From Tubulanus polymorphus (taxonomy: Eukaryota; Animalia; Nemertea): 64,000 nucleotides of DNA. Positions within the stretch are counted from its first letter, which is position 1; each line of letters begins with the position of its first letter. Shown one piece after another: positions 15,001 through 28,478 of the stretch. The DNA lies in the NCBI RefSeq assembly GCF_964204645.1, contig NC_134025.1, positions 13,268,001-13,332,000 on the forward strand. The letters are read 5' to 3'. The notes under the pieces are model-generated. The model searched no databases, was not told the origin of the DNA, and saw only the letters and a program-made list of their open reading frames with translations. The position numbers and the translations under genes were made by a program.

Positions 15001-17935
15001 TGGTGACCAACGGGACCAAACTTTATTACCGAGAGATCTAGTCGTTAATTGTGTGGTATTGTGCCCGTATTAGTGTGCACCTATGCTATAATCGCTATCA
15101 CTGACGGCAAAACTTCTATGAATTTTTGGATATTAGGTTGGATATGACAGATTTTAAGCTAAATCAGGGTAATGATAAGTACTAATAACTGCCCTAAGTA
15201 TTCTTGACATTTCTTTATGAAATATTTTGGCGATAAACGGGGCCAAACATTATCACGGTAGACTCAAGTCATCGTAGTTTTATGGAACATCGTGTCTGAA
15301 GTTCTGGTGTAAATTTGACTACAAATATTTCGTATACCCCTTTTTACTTCTTCAATATGACCTGGGGTCAGTGGTCATTTGGTTGCTGTATTCTGCAATG
15401 TTTTTTGTGACTTCAATTTCTTTTGATCCTATATATTTCTGCAAAATCGCCAATACCAAAAATTCGTGATAAAAGCCGAAGTCAAGAAATTATGAGCGAA
15501 GTTTGTTTTGTCTCCGTTCATGATATCAAATGTTTCGTCCGTTGAAATGTTTCATCCGATTCATTTCAGGTGGTCAAACAAGAAATGGAGAAAGAGTGTA
15601 AGTGTCACGGAGTGTCAGGCAGTTGTACGATGAAAACCTGTTGGATGCGATTACCCACGTTTCGCAAAGTCGGCAAGATATTGAAAAAGAAATATGATGG
15701 CGCTTCTAAGGTCGTTTTAGGTAAGAAAATAACGGCTATTGAAGATGATACGAGTAATCTTTTTACAGTACCCGCTGCTGGCAGGCGAGAAAAAACTTTT
15801 AAAGAATTATCTCGTAAATCACAAATAGTTATATCTGGTCTTCTATCTACGCAAACGTTACAATAGAAAGAATCGATCCGTCGTGATATCTCATCAATTA
15901 TCAAAATTGTATTATGACTTTTATAATTGTATTTTTATAAGAATAAAATGAATTGATATCATTACATTGAATAGAAAAACTAATTTTAACAATTTTGATC
16001 GCTCTTTTCGAAACATGAGTATGCCTTTCACGTTGAAATGTTTCAAAATTAATTTATGCACATTTAACGTTTCTCCGCGAGACATTTGTCATAACAAGTG
16101 TAAAATCAACTCAAAAGAACGTGTGAATACTACATGTTTGTATAATAATCCCGAGGACAAGCTGTGGCAAACTTCGGTATCCTGAAAAAGTAGAATAATC
16201 TCACACTCAGACTTGGAGAATATACAAATAAGATTTGATAATATGACTTTATGACTTTATTGTCAAAGTATCAAAACTTCTATGACAAACTTAACATAAT
16301 ATGACCTAATCAATTAAAGATGTACACACAGTTATGATGCTCCATATCATGTGGGTTGTAATGAGATGAAAAAAGAACAAAATATATGGTATTAGATGGA
16401 AAACAACCCATATAAAATCCAATACGTACGAATCAAGTAAAATCATAAACGAAATTCATTTATCAAGAATGAAAATCAAAAGTTAGAAGACAAGACATTT
16501 CTCACTCTCTCTAGAAACCATAGTCAAGAGTGACGCTGGTCTTTAGAAACACACCTGACGATGGTGTCTATAAACACAGTCCGAAACGACGTGTCTTTCA
16601 ATTCATGATAAGTGAATTTCGTTTTTAATCTTTTTAATCTTAACATACTGTGAAAAATAGCAAAAATACAATGCGATTTAAAATCCCTGTTTTTTGTTAT
16701 ACGTAGGAAATAAATTGCTGTGTGTTGACATTATCGCGATGGTCATTAAACACAAAAATTAATCATTGTTTGAGGCAATTTAGTTTCGTCTTCATCGGCG
16801 CACGCGCGCTGTGAAATATCGTATGAAGAGGTCTCGCTATTTTCGAAATCCACATTCAATAAACAATGAGTCGTCGAAACTCGCGTCTTTTGCATGACGT
16901 ATATTATAGATTTATGTAATTTACTGGTGTAAAAGATTTGCACAACGAGCAAGGCGACAGATTTATTGTCAAATAATGGAGCCGAATACCCAAATTAACA
17001 TACAGGCCGACCGTAAAAATTATAGATGGATCTACTCCATGCTGCAAATGGTGACTCGTGGGGCTCTCTAAGTTGATCTACGACCAATTGGGTATGAAAT
17101 TGTCCAGATGAACTGCGTTGATATGGGGGTAGCTGGGGACGTTGAGCTGGGATGTCGGGTGCACCGGCTTGATGATTACGCCTGATTAGCTCGAGTTGTT
17201 TTTACTGTTTTATGGTGTCTTCGTTGTGGAGAAATGAGCATTTTTTCTCTGACTTTTCTGAATTTTGCTGGGCTGGCGTTGCTATAAAACATAATACGTA
17301 ATCACTAAGCAATAAGTGACTCGCCGGGGTTGATGGTTAGATATAGATATGCGATAATACGCGGAAACTGATGCAACATGCGCGAAAACAAATTTTAGCA
17401 CTGGGATTCTTTAGGCCTCAAAGTATTTTTGAGAAAATGAAAAATATAAACATTTGAAAAGATCACGATTTATTTCGCTCCACTAACTTTCCCGATTTTG
17501 TTTGTTTGCGTTGGAATATGTACATTTTGCTTATTTACATTTTGCTTATTTACATCTCGATCTTGATGTATTTTCTTTTCAGGAAACAACGGCAACACTG
17601 GTTACCGAGGAAAACAGAAGAAACGTAGAAAGTTCAACTTAATTCCGGTGAATTCTAGCTACAAAAAACCGCAAGCGAGCGATCTAGTTTACTACGAGGA
17701 TTCGCCAAAGTTTTGTGATAAATCCACGTCCTTGGGCATGGGGCACGGGACTAAAGGTCGTGAATGCAACGCAACAAGTATCAGCGTAGACGGTTGCGAG
17801 ATAATGTGCTGTGGCCGAGGCTTCAGGACAGAAACGTACACCGTAAAAGAAAGATGTAGCTGCACATTCCAATGGTGCTGCAAAGTACACTGTAAAATAT
17901 GTAGTCGGACCAAACTAAGGCATATTTGCTTATGA
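8917..17935 (+). CDS. Wnt1: Wnt1 (wingless-type) ligand, about 396 aa; join(8917..9071,13015..13277,13480..13748,15570..15720,17583..17935)
   Basis: GT-AG junctions in phase (2,1,0,1). Wnt1 signatures [103 protein letters not shown]. Confidence 0.93.
10421..10572. mobile_element. Short fold-back element, family 2, highly decayed
   Basis: Inverted ends aaggaaataagaact..taaaaccc / gggttttaaa..aagttcttatttcctt; internal GAAGCGTCG..ttgataaatgaaattcgttttt resembles the 16.6-kb copy. Confidence 0.5.
12495..12788. mobile_element. Fold-back element (about 104-bp arms at 12548-12652 and 12673-12776), probable Penelope-like pLTR derivative
   Basis: Near-perfect inverted repeat containing the hammerhead motif; flanked by ATCAC(T/A)AGACTTTG direct repeats at 12495-12508 and 12775-12788. 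Confidence 0.65.
12663..12704 (+). ncRNA. Candidate minimal type-I hammerhead ribozyme (U3-A8 variant) in Wnt1 intron 1
   Basis: ACUC UUGAGAA U GGUUUU[UAGGAU]AAAACC GAAA AUUC GAGU: helix I ACUC/GAGU, 6-bp helix II, GAAA box, UUC cleavage triplet, palindromic AAUU mini-helix III. Confidence 0.6.
13015..13277 (+). CDS. Wnt1: Wnt1 exon 2
   Basis: ttttag acceptor; [15 protein letters not shown]; G|GTAAGT donor. Confidence 0.92.
13480..13748 (+). CDS. Wnt1: Wnt1 exon 3
   Basis: ttgtag acceptor; GSRETAF...HNNEAGRL; GTAAGT donor. Confidence 0.93.
15570..15720 (+). CDS. Wnt1: Wnt1 exon 4
   Basis: tttcag acceptor; [10 protein letters not shown]; G|GTAAGA donor. Confidence 0.92.
16447..16625. mobile_element. 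Fold-back element, family 2, with a sense hammerhead remnant at 16551-16594
   Basis: aaacgaaattcatttatca / tgataagtgaatttcgttt inverted ends; ACAC CTGACGA T GG..CC GAAAC GAC GTGT. Confidence 0.55.
17583..17935 (+). CDS. Wnt1: Wnt1 exon 5 (terminal)
   Basis: ttttcag acceptor; GNNGN...DLVYYEDSP...CCGRG...HICL, TGA. Confidence 0.92.
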
Positions 17936-20338
17936 TTTGATGTATGTTTTCGCTGAAAATATTTTCAAAACAATGAGCGTATCAATGTATATATATAAGC
18001 ATAATATCTTTTCCTGTCGGCGTTTAGTTATCTTATTTGAACGATGATAAAAGGCGGGAAATAGCGAGTGCACATCGAATCGATCCTTTTGATTCTTTTA
18101 CAGGTGACAAAAACGGGATCGTTCGTTCAAAAGACTTAAATAGTGCTAGACAATCATTCTACAATTTCTACCTCTCGTAAACATAAACACAGATGCTTTT
18201 GTAATGTAATGTCGTTATTGTCAATCTTAACGAGATCGAGGATGTGGATATCGTTTCGAACGACCGAAAAGATGAATATCTGTTCGAACGTTTGCAACAA
18301 TGTATCATACACTTCCCTGTTTAATGACTTGATAGACTACTTTTGAAGCTTATGCTGGGTTTTTTTGAATTAATCTTAAACTTTAGAGCTACTAACATGC
18401 TGTTTCGGTTACGTATCAGGCTTAAGGAGGCATGTAAAAATGTGTAAAGGCCCATTGTTTCAATAATATTTATAGTTTTTCGTTCCGCAGGTCAGAATTC
18501 AATTCTATTTCGATTCCGGCAAACTTGCTTTTAATTTTTGGCTTTCTCGTCTGCGGCTTCTATAGTTACGTGATACTGGTGGATGTTACATGTACACACG
18601 CAAAAATCATATAATGTATGTAAATATAAAGTGATGTTCTGTAAGGTTTTCTTAATTCTATGTTTTCTGTGACTGTTATCACGATATACTTGTGAGTTAA
18701 TTCCTCGAGATGGCGCATTGGTGCAATATGATTGAGCTCGTCCCATCACGAATGAACGAAGGCATGTCATCTCTACAATACATTGTTGGACCTGTCCTGG
18801 TAGTGCCACTAATTATACAGGCATGGATCCAGGTGGGTGCTTTTGGGTGCTAGGGTCCCCCCTCATTAACAAAATACCCGGCTCAAATTTCTTATTCAAG
18901 GGTTGGGGTAGGAGGTACAATTTTGATATATGGGATTTAAACGTTCAGAATGCATGAAAATGAGTCGAGACTAATTTTCCAATACGTTTCAGTTGAGCAA
19001 TCCCTTTTGAAAATCATGGATTCGCCTCTGTTATATATACAATGAAGTTTATCTTCTAGATCAGATTTATTCCAGATTACCGAAATTTGAAGTGGGACTG
19101 ATTTTAGAAATTCATTATTTGCTGATGATTATAATGTTTATCATTTTTGAATTGTTTTATCAGTAATACTGAGTTATTTCCCCGGTTAATGAATAAACGA
19201 TGAATGGGCACCATAACACCGATTAAACATCGTTCCATGGTCACAACACACTAACTGAAATTCGGTGAATTTGAATTCCACAGTAGTGAAATTAATTACT
19301 TGTCTTTTCAAAAGGCCGAGTCAATTTGTATCATGACCGCTCGTTGACGTTTTTATTGCTTTTCTTAAGACTCGTCCCGTTGTTAAAGACCGCCTTCTTG
19401 GCCATCGTTTGAACCAATCCCACAAAAGCGACAATTGATCGGTGTATATAGCATAGCATAGGGCAATAAAGATGATTTAATGCGACTTTTCACCGGCTCA
19501 TACACTCGTAAACTTTTTAGGCTTCGGACTAGAGTAGCGCAATAAACTGACCAACAACTAGTGCTCGTAGGAACGGCCATTTTTTTCCAATCGCAAACAT
19601 GAACAGTTTTCTCAGGAAATAAAGATGAACATGACTTTTTCCCGAATTCGATACCAGACAGATATCGTTCTACTTTACTATCGTAAATAGACATGGTCCG
19701 CTTTATCGACTGTATCTGACTGAGTCTGAAATTGGTTTCATACCTTGGTCGTTCATCTTCGCTTAACTGAACCAACTCACTCATTAATCTTCTCGTGTCG
19801 AAGTCACTCCTTAAGCGTTGAGTGTATGGAGTTTACACCCTATGCCGCTAGCATCTCAACAGACCTTGTATTGGACGTGGCTGATCGTTCCTGTCCGAAT
19901 GAAAATTGAAAACAGCAAATGGATTTTTGAGTTTTAATCACCAGCTCCTATCAGCTAGAGATGTTTGGTGATTCCGACCCTATATAGTACGTACGAAATG
20001 AAAATGCAAACTCCAATGAAAATTTGAATGCACTTGCCGGACCTGCTCCGAAGTATATTAATCATGTGGTGGTGCATTATCCGCCAGTGAAGTGAATTGT
20101 GCGCTGGGGTCATTTGCGTCCGTCTTGTGACTCTAAAATGGATGGCTTTACTGCTCGGAGCAGACGTCGTAGATTTTGCTCAAAACCATCAGACGATATA
20201 TCGATGTAACCCGCGATATATAGTATTAGACGGCTCGGTCGCACAGATTTTTGACGGATTTTTCATTTGAACGTGCCTTATTTTCAAAACTGGAAAATGC
20301 GGCTGTTGTGAAGTACTGACGTTTGCAACTGGAGCGCC

Positions 20339-20415
20339 ATGAGACTAAAATCTGTACTAGTTGTTGGTCTGGTTTTCTACTTAATGTTTCCAGAAAACAT
20401 TCTAGGTTTATGGTG
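20339..20415 (+). CDS. Wnt6: Wnt6 exon 1
   Basis: gccATG; MRLKSVLVVGLVFYLMFPENILGLW; TG|GTAAGT donor. Confidence 0.88.
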
Positions 20416-23400
20416 GTAAGTGGTAAATCTTATACATACCCATGTTTCTTTGTTTACCTCTGATTGCTAGTGACACTTGATTTATGAAACCAAGAGCATT
20501 TTAGACTTATTTTTAAGAGTTTGATATTATACATAGATCACGTTTAGTATTCGATTCAGTTCGATTCAGTTTTCAACCAAGATTTAATTCAACTCGATAT
20601 TCGTATTCCTCACGCTTGTTTTCTTATTGCTTTTTCATAACTTACAAACGATATGAAATCGAATTTTGCTTACCTTAAGTATTATTTTTATACCATCTCA
20701 AGTGATGATCATATTTTCACTGACTTTACAATGGAGTTCAGATCTAATGAGCCTGATGAGATGAAATAACAAAAGTTTCAGTTTGCTTCCTAATATACCA
20801 CTTTAGAGTAGAAGTAATGTGCGAAGGGTGCCACGATTTTACATGCATTTCGTCGTAATGATAACTTTCTTCAAATATCCACTTCCAAACTTATTATCAA
20901 TTTGTGAATGATGATCTCATTTTGAAAGAGATTACATACATGAAATCGATATCAAGCGCATACAACATAGATACTACAATGAATGAAAGATCGCACATGA
21001 TTGATAATCAGTTGGTCGACGAGGACTGTGGACAACACCCCACCCAAATTTCATGGTCAATTCATTTATCATCAATCTTGAAATGACTAGACATGAATTT
21101 TCTGGCTGACGATGAAGTTAGTAAATACCAGTATACATCCGAGAAGCGAATTAGAGTATACGTATAAGCGTTGACAAGGTGAAAATTTACGAATGGCAGA
21201 ATATCGTTGCTAAATCTTCGTGGAACAAGTTTATGGCATTGGGTGTCTAGACCCTTTGGCTTTGATCGCTTCTTATCCGAGCGATACCGAAACATCGCAC
21301 TACCCTGGGTATAATTGCGTATATTAATAGATGCATATAATTCTGTTCTCTGAATCTTAACGGACACATTGCCGAGAATTTCAGTAAGATTTACGGACTT
21401 TCGACAAGATGAGCATATAGTGAAAAGCTAACGGGGAGCCACGAGCTCATAATGCTTGCAGCATTCGTCGCGATGCCCTCTCCCTCACTGGTGTAAATTG
21501 ATGAAGATATGTAGACAGCCAAAGATGGTACTTAAACCGGTCGTAAAAGCCCGAACCGAGACGCCTTTCGAGTTACTTTAGAGAATGGATGTCGGTCATT
21601 TGCGCATGTACTTTGTGTCACTTGTTTCATTTATAATAATTTGCCATCGACTTATTCTCGAGACGGAAAGTTGTAAATCCCCGGGATTATTTCCAATTAC
21701 AATGGCTTTAGAGTGGTAGGTGTTACTTTGTATATGTGTGCGTCGAAAATCTTGATGTGAGCATAATCGTGTTCGGTGGATTTCTGAATTATAATATTTC
21801 GTGGATTTTTCACTTTTGAATATAGCCGTATATTTTTTCCGTTTTTTTATCAGGTGGATATTTTTACTGACTAAATGAAATCTAGAAATTGAATGACGAG
21901 GATTTACATTTCATGCCACGTCCTTTCTGATAAATCGATGACTTATTCATTCACGATTTATTTTAATTTTTTATTTATTTCACGATTCGTCCTATCTTTA
22001 ATTTTCCTAATATAGATTTTCATCAAAAAGTTTTATGTATGTGTTATTTTTGATTTTAAACTTTTATTCCAGGGCGGTTGGCAGTTCACTACTCCTAGAT
22101 AAGAACAGCATTTGCAGAAAGACTAAATGTTTAGCGGGTAAACAGCGTCGTATTTGTCGAAAGGAGCCGCAGATAGTTCGCGAAGTAATAGACGGAGCGA
22201 AAGTCGCTATACGGGAATGCCAAGTTCAATTCGCCAATAGACGATGGAACTGTACCGCGCATCGCAGATCAATCGGCAAAATTTTGAAAAGAGGTAGGAT
22301 AAATATTTTAGCCATATTTTCCCCATGGATGAATATGGTTGGCTGATGCGGTCCATAATGCAAAATTCCTGATGTCCAAATGTAGGCGCTAGAATGTCAA
22401 AACGCCAGAACCAAAAAGCAAGGAAAAACGACGAAATTTCTCTAAATCTTTGTTTTGGCACGCTAAAACAAAGAACCTATTGTTTAGGTCGATCGAAAAA
22501 GGCATTTCATTGTTTTTGAGCCCCGCCAAAAACAAATCAAAGTCATTAGAAGTTATTTTTCGATTTGGCACGTTTTTTATTTGAGGCACTTCGTCGAAAA
22601 TCAGGATTTGCCTTCTCCCGTGTTCTGGTACACTTACATTCTAGCGCTACGAATATCACGAATTACGTTATAACGCGAATCAGCCACCATAGGTGAAGGA
22701 TCATTCATGTACTTAGTTATCATAACATTACTTCGGTGAGAAAAGAATACAGCAATAGAATTAATTTTACGCGATATTTGCTTAGATATATATCTGAAAT
22801 GCATCGACAGGCTTAACTAATGATTTTAGGACGGGTAATGGGAACAAACGGACCAAGGAAGGATGTAGGAGGTTATAGACGAATCAGATGTTTCTGCGCA
22901 CACCTTCACCATGTTACATTACTCATTAGTGCTAATGACATCCAATATACAAGGTTAACGCAGGAACCGTCGGTATTCTATGAAAATACAGTAAATTTTC
23001 GAAAAGGAACGCGTACCACGACAGTTTGATTGCCCTTTAATGAGTTGTATATGATTTGATGAACATCTGTAGAGACGGTTGATTAGTGTTTTCTGGTTTA
23101 CAGTGTCTGTGGGCTCTAGTCAGCAGGTTAATCGACCGGCGAATTACATTTATCACACATAATTCTGAATTCAAAAATGTGTACTTTCATTTACCTATAG
23201 GAACATTTTGACTTTCACTTGTATAACGCAATACTTGGTTTTATGTTCACAGTGGCTCCATGTGTGTGGACCTCAGAAATACAACTCGCTTTAGCAAATC
23301 ATAATCACGCTTTCAGCCTTGAATTACGCTAAAATGTTATGAAACTCGGTAAACAATCTACTCCTAAATCTGATTTACGATTGTAATGAACTGATTCAGA

Positions 23401-26400
23401 GAAACAAAATTACGCAGAATATTCAGAAAGAGGTTCGGTCGAACTCCACAGTTTGCACAGTTTCTGTACTTGATGCGCCAGAGTGTTGCCTATCATGAAA
23501 ACAGGTTGATATAATTTATAAGATTGTTCGTTTTAAGCGTATCTATGCCATAGACGTAGCCCGTTCACTCATTTTCCAGGGCAGTAACACCTAAATCACA
23601 TCTTTGAGTGCGATCACTCTATTAAGTGCTTCCTAAAACATGATCTAATGGACCGAAGGCTTTGTCGGCATCCCAAACCAATCAACAAGGACCTCATTTT
23701 ATTGACAAATAATCTTATGAATTATGATATATTGGAATTGCTTGTCTGCTCATCTTCTGAAATTTCGGTTTGTCTCAGTACATTTTCGATTATCTTCGGA
23801 GAATTTACTACCTAAGGCACTTCCGAGTGTCAACTAGAAACAAAAGTTCTCGGAATATAGAGGATTAAATGTTCATCGTTTCCAATTGTCCTGAACGTTC
23901 TACGAAAATAGAAGATGAACAGTTAGGTTATACTATAAACGTTAGATGAACTCTGAAACAAATTCTTGAAAATGACGTAAGGAATTAAGGATAAACAAAA
24001 ATATTCAAGTCTCTACAAATTCGCATCCATAATTTCTTTTCACGAGGGTGGTTTAAGGGGATGAACCCAGTGGACTGGTCTATCCCCTTCAAAATGTGAA
24101 TGTTCCTGCCAAAAATTTTGATATTTGCATAGAACATCTTCTAAAGATGAAAAATAAATCCAAATGGGCCCTGTTTAGTGATAAGGGCCAGAAATGTCCA
24201 TTTCGATCCTAATTTCTGTGGGAGGGCCATCAGAACCCCCATGAATGTTCGCACTTGCAGCCGTCGCATTGCCAAATCTGTCCTTTTCAAATAAAGTGCC
24301 CATTCCAGTTTTTAGGTCCACCCATTCAAAGCATCCTGGATCCACCCTTGTTCCAACAATTGTTGTATGACACATGCACCTGAAATATATTACGACTTTC
24401 TATGAAGTGTTTAATTAGTCCTGTGTTTCGTGCATTATTTCTTTTTAAGTAATCTTTTATGTCATTTTCTAGATACAAGGGAGTCAGCATTTCTTTTCGC
24501 CATATCGGCGGCCGGGGTGTTAAAATCAGTTACTGAAGCCTGCAGTATGGGTGAATTGCCTCTCTGCTCGTGCGTTCATCATCGAGACACGAAAACTGCC
24601 AAGGGTAAATTCGTCTGGAGCGGTTGCAACGATGACGTACAGTATGGATACACGAAATCGAAAGATTTTATGGATGCTCGGCCGAAAAAACGCAGGGGAG
24701 ATATCAGAACACTTATTCAGTTGCACAACAATGAAGCTGGACGAAGGGTAAGTGTCCGATTTTGGGCTTGGTAAATAACATACCGTATTAAAGTTTGCCG
24801 ATCTGAATGCTTTTCACGAACTTATTGAGAGCAATAAAATTGCAAAATTACATCTTACTTCCCTCTCCCCTCTGATAATGACAGTACCAAAGTATGTAAA
24901 CAAAATGTATTTTTGAGGATGGACAATTATACACCACTTAAACAACAAGTGTCTTCTAGTTGTCCAATTGATAGCCAACCTAATCGAAAGAGACAAATGA
25001 CATGCGGTATATAAGTTGCAATATATATAATAAGTTTTCAACTTTTTCAAATGACTCCCGGATGTGGCCAATCTCAGGGCGTCCGAGATGATATAAATTT
25101 TGTTGCGTCGTTTTCTGTTTGGTCATTTATCTCAGGATGACTCGCGTGGATTTATGAGAATCTGTTAAAACAGATCTTCGGATCGATATTTCCTGTCGCA
25201 CACCATGCATGCCTATGACACATGTGATTAATGTGGTGGATAAAAATCTGTTCGCAGAAATACATATATCTACATTATATCGAATCCGTTGGAAAACGAG
25301 ACAAGCGATATATACGTGAAGGCAACAGTCGATGAATTTAGACGCCATTTCAACTAAATTTAATTCAGATCGCGTTCCCAAAATCTTGAAAATATACCAC
25401 AGGTGAAAATGGAGAAAACTAGTAGGAAATACGCTGAGAATTGAGTGAACATGAGAATTTATTAACATTGGACATGATATTCTTATCTACATTAGATGAC
25501 ATACTAATAAGATTTTACCAATTCTATTGAAGTTTAGATATCACATATTCTCGATTAGAAAATAATTCCACATTGATATATCTACCTAAACACTGGCATT
25601 GCTTATCAACTTATACGATGGATCAAAATCAAAGGTTTTGGTGGAATCATAGACTGAAATCTGAGAAGATTTTTACAAGCTAGTTTGTTGTAATTTATCA
25701 ATAACATATCAAATCTACAATCAAATGAATAGTTTGTGTGAATGTTTTACGCACTAGTGTACGTAGATGGTTAAAACAAAATCATCAATCCACTTAGATA
25801 TCTTCAACCGAGTCGTCGATAACTCTGAAATAATTACTTCTACCTTACTAATCGTTATTAACGCTACACTCTTAGCACATTTCATTTAGATCGACATAAT
25901 GTAGGATTTAGGCTCATCCAATGATCAGCGGTATCCGATCTTGATGGGTTGTTCATAAAACATTCGACAGTCTCAAGTGAACCTTCGCCATAGCTCTGTT
26001 GTTTATCGTATTTTGTGCCATTTTTCAATTTGGATAAAAGATGAAATGGACAATCTTCGATCTAATTGGATTTTAACGAGTTACCATTAGTTACTGGAAT
26101 GTAGACTGTCAACTTAGTCATACATCTCGCATCCCGATGTCTAATTGATTAACTTTCCGTTCAATGACACGCTATGTGGAAGTTCAGATATAGCAAAGAT
26201 TTCATGTATAATACTCAAAATTCTGTTTAAAAGTCCAGATCTAATTGTTCGTAAACAGACAGCTGTTGTAAAACAAATAAAACATCTTGCATTTTTTTTG
26301 TCTGAGTGAAACAACACACTTACGTTCGTTAATTTACAGCAGGCACCATTGCACACGTTGCTCAACAAACGAATTGCGAACACATAATTTTATCACTATA

Positions 26401-28047
26401 ACCAAAAGATATGGTGGCTGATTTGGGCCATTACATAAAATACCTGGTATGCAAATAAGGGCGCCAGAACGCCAGAACGCCAAAACGAAATAAAAACGTC
26501 CAATTTCCGTTTTGGCATCCCCGCCAAAACAACGAAAAACGTCGAAATTTCTCTGAAAGTTCGTTTTGGCGCGCCAAAAACAAAGATTATTCCGTTTTGG
26601 CACCCCCGCCAAAACAACGAAAAACGTCGAAATTTCTCTGAATGTTCGTTTTGGCGCGCCAAAACAAAGAATATTCCGTTACTTTCGTTTGGCGCCCCCG
26701 CGAACTTTCAACATGCAAATTTATGCAAATTACACACAGGATCAACGTGCCAAATTGAAAAAATAATTTTACTGTAGTTGAATGCTTGTTTTGGCGGGGG
26801 TGCCAAAACGGAAATAACCGCGCCAAAACGAAATAATCTTTGTTTTGGCGCGCCAAAACGAACTTTCAGAGAAAATTGGACGTTTTTCGTTGTTTTGGCG
26901 GGGGCGCCAAAACGGAATTTTCTTTGTATTGGCGCGCCAAAACGAACTTTCAGAGAAGATTGGACGTTTTTTTTCGTTTTGGCGTTCTGGCGCCCTGATT
27001 TGCATACCAGAAATTTTTCGCTTTGGCCCTTATCAGCCACCATAAAAAGAGGTTTTCACAAGTCTACACCTAAATTGGTATAGATTTGTGGCTTGATGAC
27101 AGTTAAAATATTCACTTAGATTTGTTATGAGGGCTCTATACACTCATACTGATGAAGTCTTTTTCAATCCATTGTTAAACCATGGTTACCGCTCACTTGT
27201 TTTCAGTAGCGTTTGGCGTTTGGTGTTTTTGAAATTATTTTTCAATAATCAAAAATAATCTTACCATGGCTAATAGTTTGTGTGGGTGTGGGCGCCAAAA
27301 CCCCATTATATCCGTTTTTAAGGTGCCAAATAGAATTCCCAATCTTGGCGCTCCAAATAGACTTTTTAGTACATTTTGGGACCAAAACGCAAAAACGGCA
27401 ATTTTTGCGCACCAAGATGAATTATTTGACAAATTTCGGCTGTTTTTTGTATAAGTTTATGTGTGATGTTTCCATTTTGGCGTTTTGGCACCTTAGATTT
27501 GCATACCGAAAATATTTTCACGATTGCTCGAATCAGCTTCCATACTATTCTGAATTATGTATAATTTTTCCTTCCTATTCCACAGGCTGTGATAAACAAC
27601 ATGACCTCGAAGTGTAAATGCCACGGTTTGTCCGGCTCGTGTAGTTTAAAGACTTGTTGGAGGACGCTACCCCATTTTTCTGCGATCGGGAATGACCTTA
27701 AAAATCGATTCGATGGCGCGTTCAAAGTGATAATATCGAACGATGGAGATACACTAATATCAGCCGGCGATTCGAAGCCGTATCGAAAGATTGACCTTAT
27801 TTATACGGAGGACTCGTCGACGAACTTTTGTAAGGCGAGCAAACGACACGGATCTCTCGGTACGAGTGGGCGTCTGTGCGATCCGCATTCCATGGGCGTC
27901 GAGGGATGCGGGATTTTATGCTGTGGCAGAGGCTATCGCACCTATCAGATGACAGAGGAAGAGAACTGCCAATGTCGATTTGTTTGGTGCTGCGAGGTAA
28001 TCTGTAAAAAGTGCATGGTTACAAAAACGATCCATCGGTGTGTTTGA
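20339..28047 (+). CDS. Wnt6: Wnt6 ligand, about 344 aa; join(20339..20415,22073..22293,24473..24747,27586..28047)
   Basis: GT-AG junctions in phase (2,1,0). Wnt6 signatures GLWWAVGS, NSICRKTK, DTRESAF, ACSMGEL, CKCHGLSGSC, LKNRFDGA, EENCQCRFVWCCEV. Confidence 0.93.
22073..22293 (+). CDS. Wnt6: Wnt6 exon 2
   Basis: ttccag acceptor; AVGS...ECQVQFANRRWNC; G|GTAGGA donor. Confidence 0.92.
22334..22691. mobile_element. Older copy of the TGGTGGCTGA MITE
   Basis: tatggttggctgatgcggtcc ... gaatcagccaccata. Confidence 0.65.
24473..24747 (+). CDS. Wnt6: Wnt6 exon 3
   Basis: ttctag acceptor; DTRESAF...HNNEAGRR; GTAAGT donor. Confidence 0.93.
26410..27044. mobile_element. TA-flanked MITE (TGGTGGCTGA terminal inverted repeats, CGCCAAAAC subterminal arrays)
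   Basis: TA-TGGTGGCTGATTTGGGCC...GGCCCTTATCAGCCACCA-TA with long imperfect arms. Confidence 0.8.
27265..27544. mobile_element. Decayed fragment of the TGGTGGCTGA MITE
   Basis: ggcgccaaaa repeats and right end atttgcataccg..gaatcagcttccata. Confidence 0.55.
27586..28047 (+). CDS. Wnt6: Wnt6 exon 4 (terminal)
   Basis: ccacag acceptor; CKCHGLSGSC...HRCV, TGA. Confidence 0.93.
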   Translation, partial: AVINNMTSKCKCHGLSGSCSLKTCWRTLPHFSAIGNDLKNRFDGAFKVIISNDGDTLISAGDSKPYRKIDLIYTEDSSTNFCKASKRHGSLGTSGRLCDPHSMGVEGCGILCCGRGYRTYQMTEEENCQCRFVWCCEVICKKCMVTKTIHRCV

Positions 28048-28472
28048 ATGAAAATATCGGTCTGAAATACGAATTCATGACAGTATTTTTACGAATGGCA
28101 ACGTCTCCTACATACAATATTCATCATTGTTCTCAGATCGACAATGAAAATACTTAAAGAATTTGATAATGATATATATATGTTTGTATAAAAGAAAAAT
28201 TTCATTGCACTCAGAGATTATTACACAGATTACAGTTAATACACGAAAATCCTTAATTGTATACAGGTTAGTTTCATTCAAATTCAAATTAAACCTTTTA
28301 ATTATACATATTCACATTTTCCTCTGTGAATCGACCTGCAAATGTTGTAGTCTTAATTGAGAATTCAATGCACCAATATCAAATTATTGTTTCAGTTTTT
28401 TATGTCCTTTGTAGTTACTGCATTTGCAAATTCATTGAATGAAATATATTTATTATCTAAACATATGCAACA

Positions 28473-28478
28473 AATAAA
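28473..28478 (+). promoter_or_regulatory. Candidate Wnt6 polyadenylation signal
   Basis: AATAAA about 425 nt after the stop, followed by GT-rich sequence. Confidence 0.4.

Noticed and set aside
19383-19784. 133-aa minus-strand ORF between Wnt1 and Wnt6
   Set aside because: No recognisable domain or splice context; lies in the presumed Wnt6 upstream region.
26334-27617. Dense overlapping ORFs with FGAPK/WRAK repeats (also 41903-42214)
   Set aside because: They arise from CGCCAAAAC arrays in MITEs; no transposase motifs are present.
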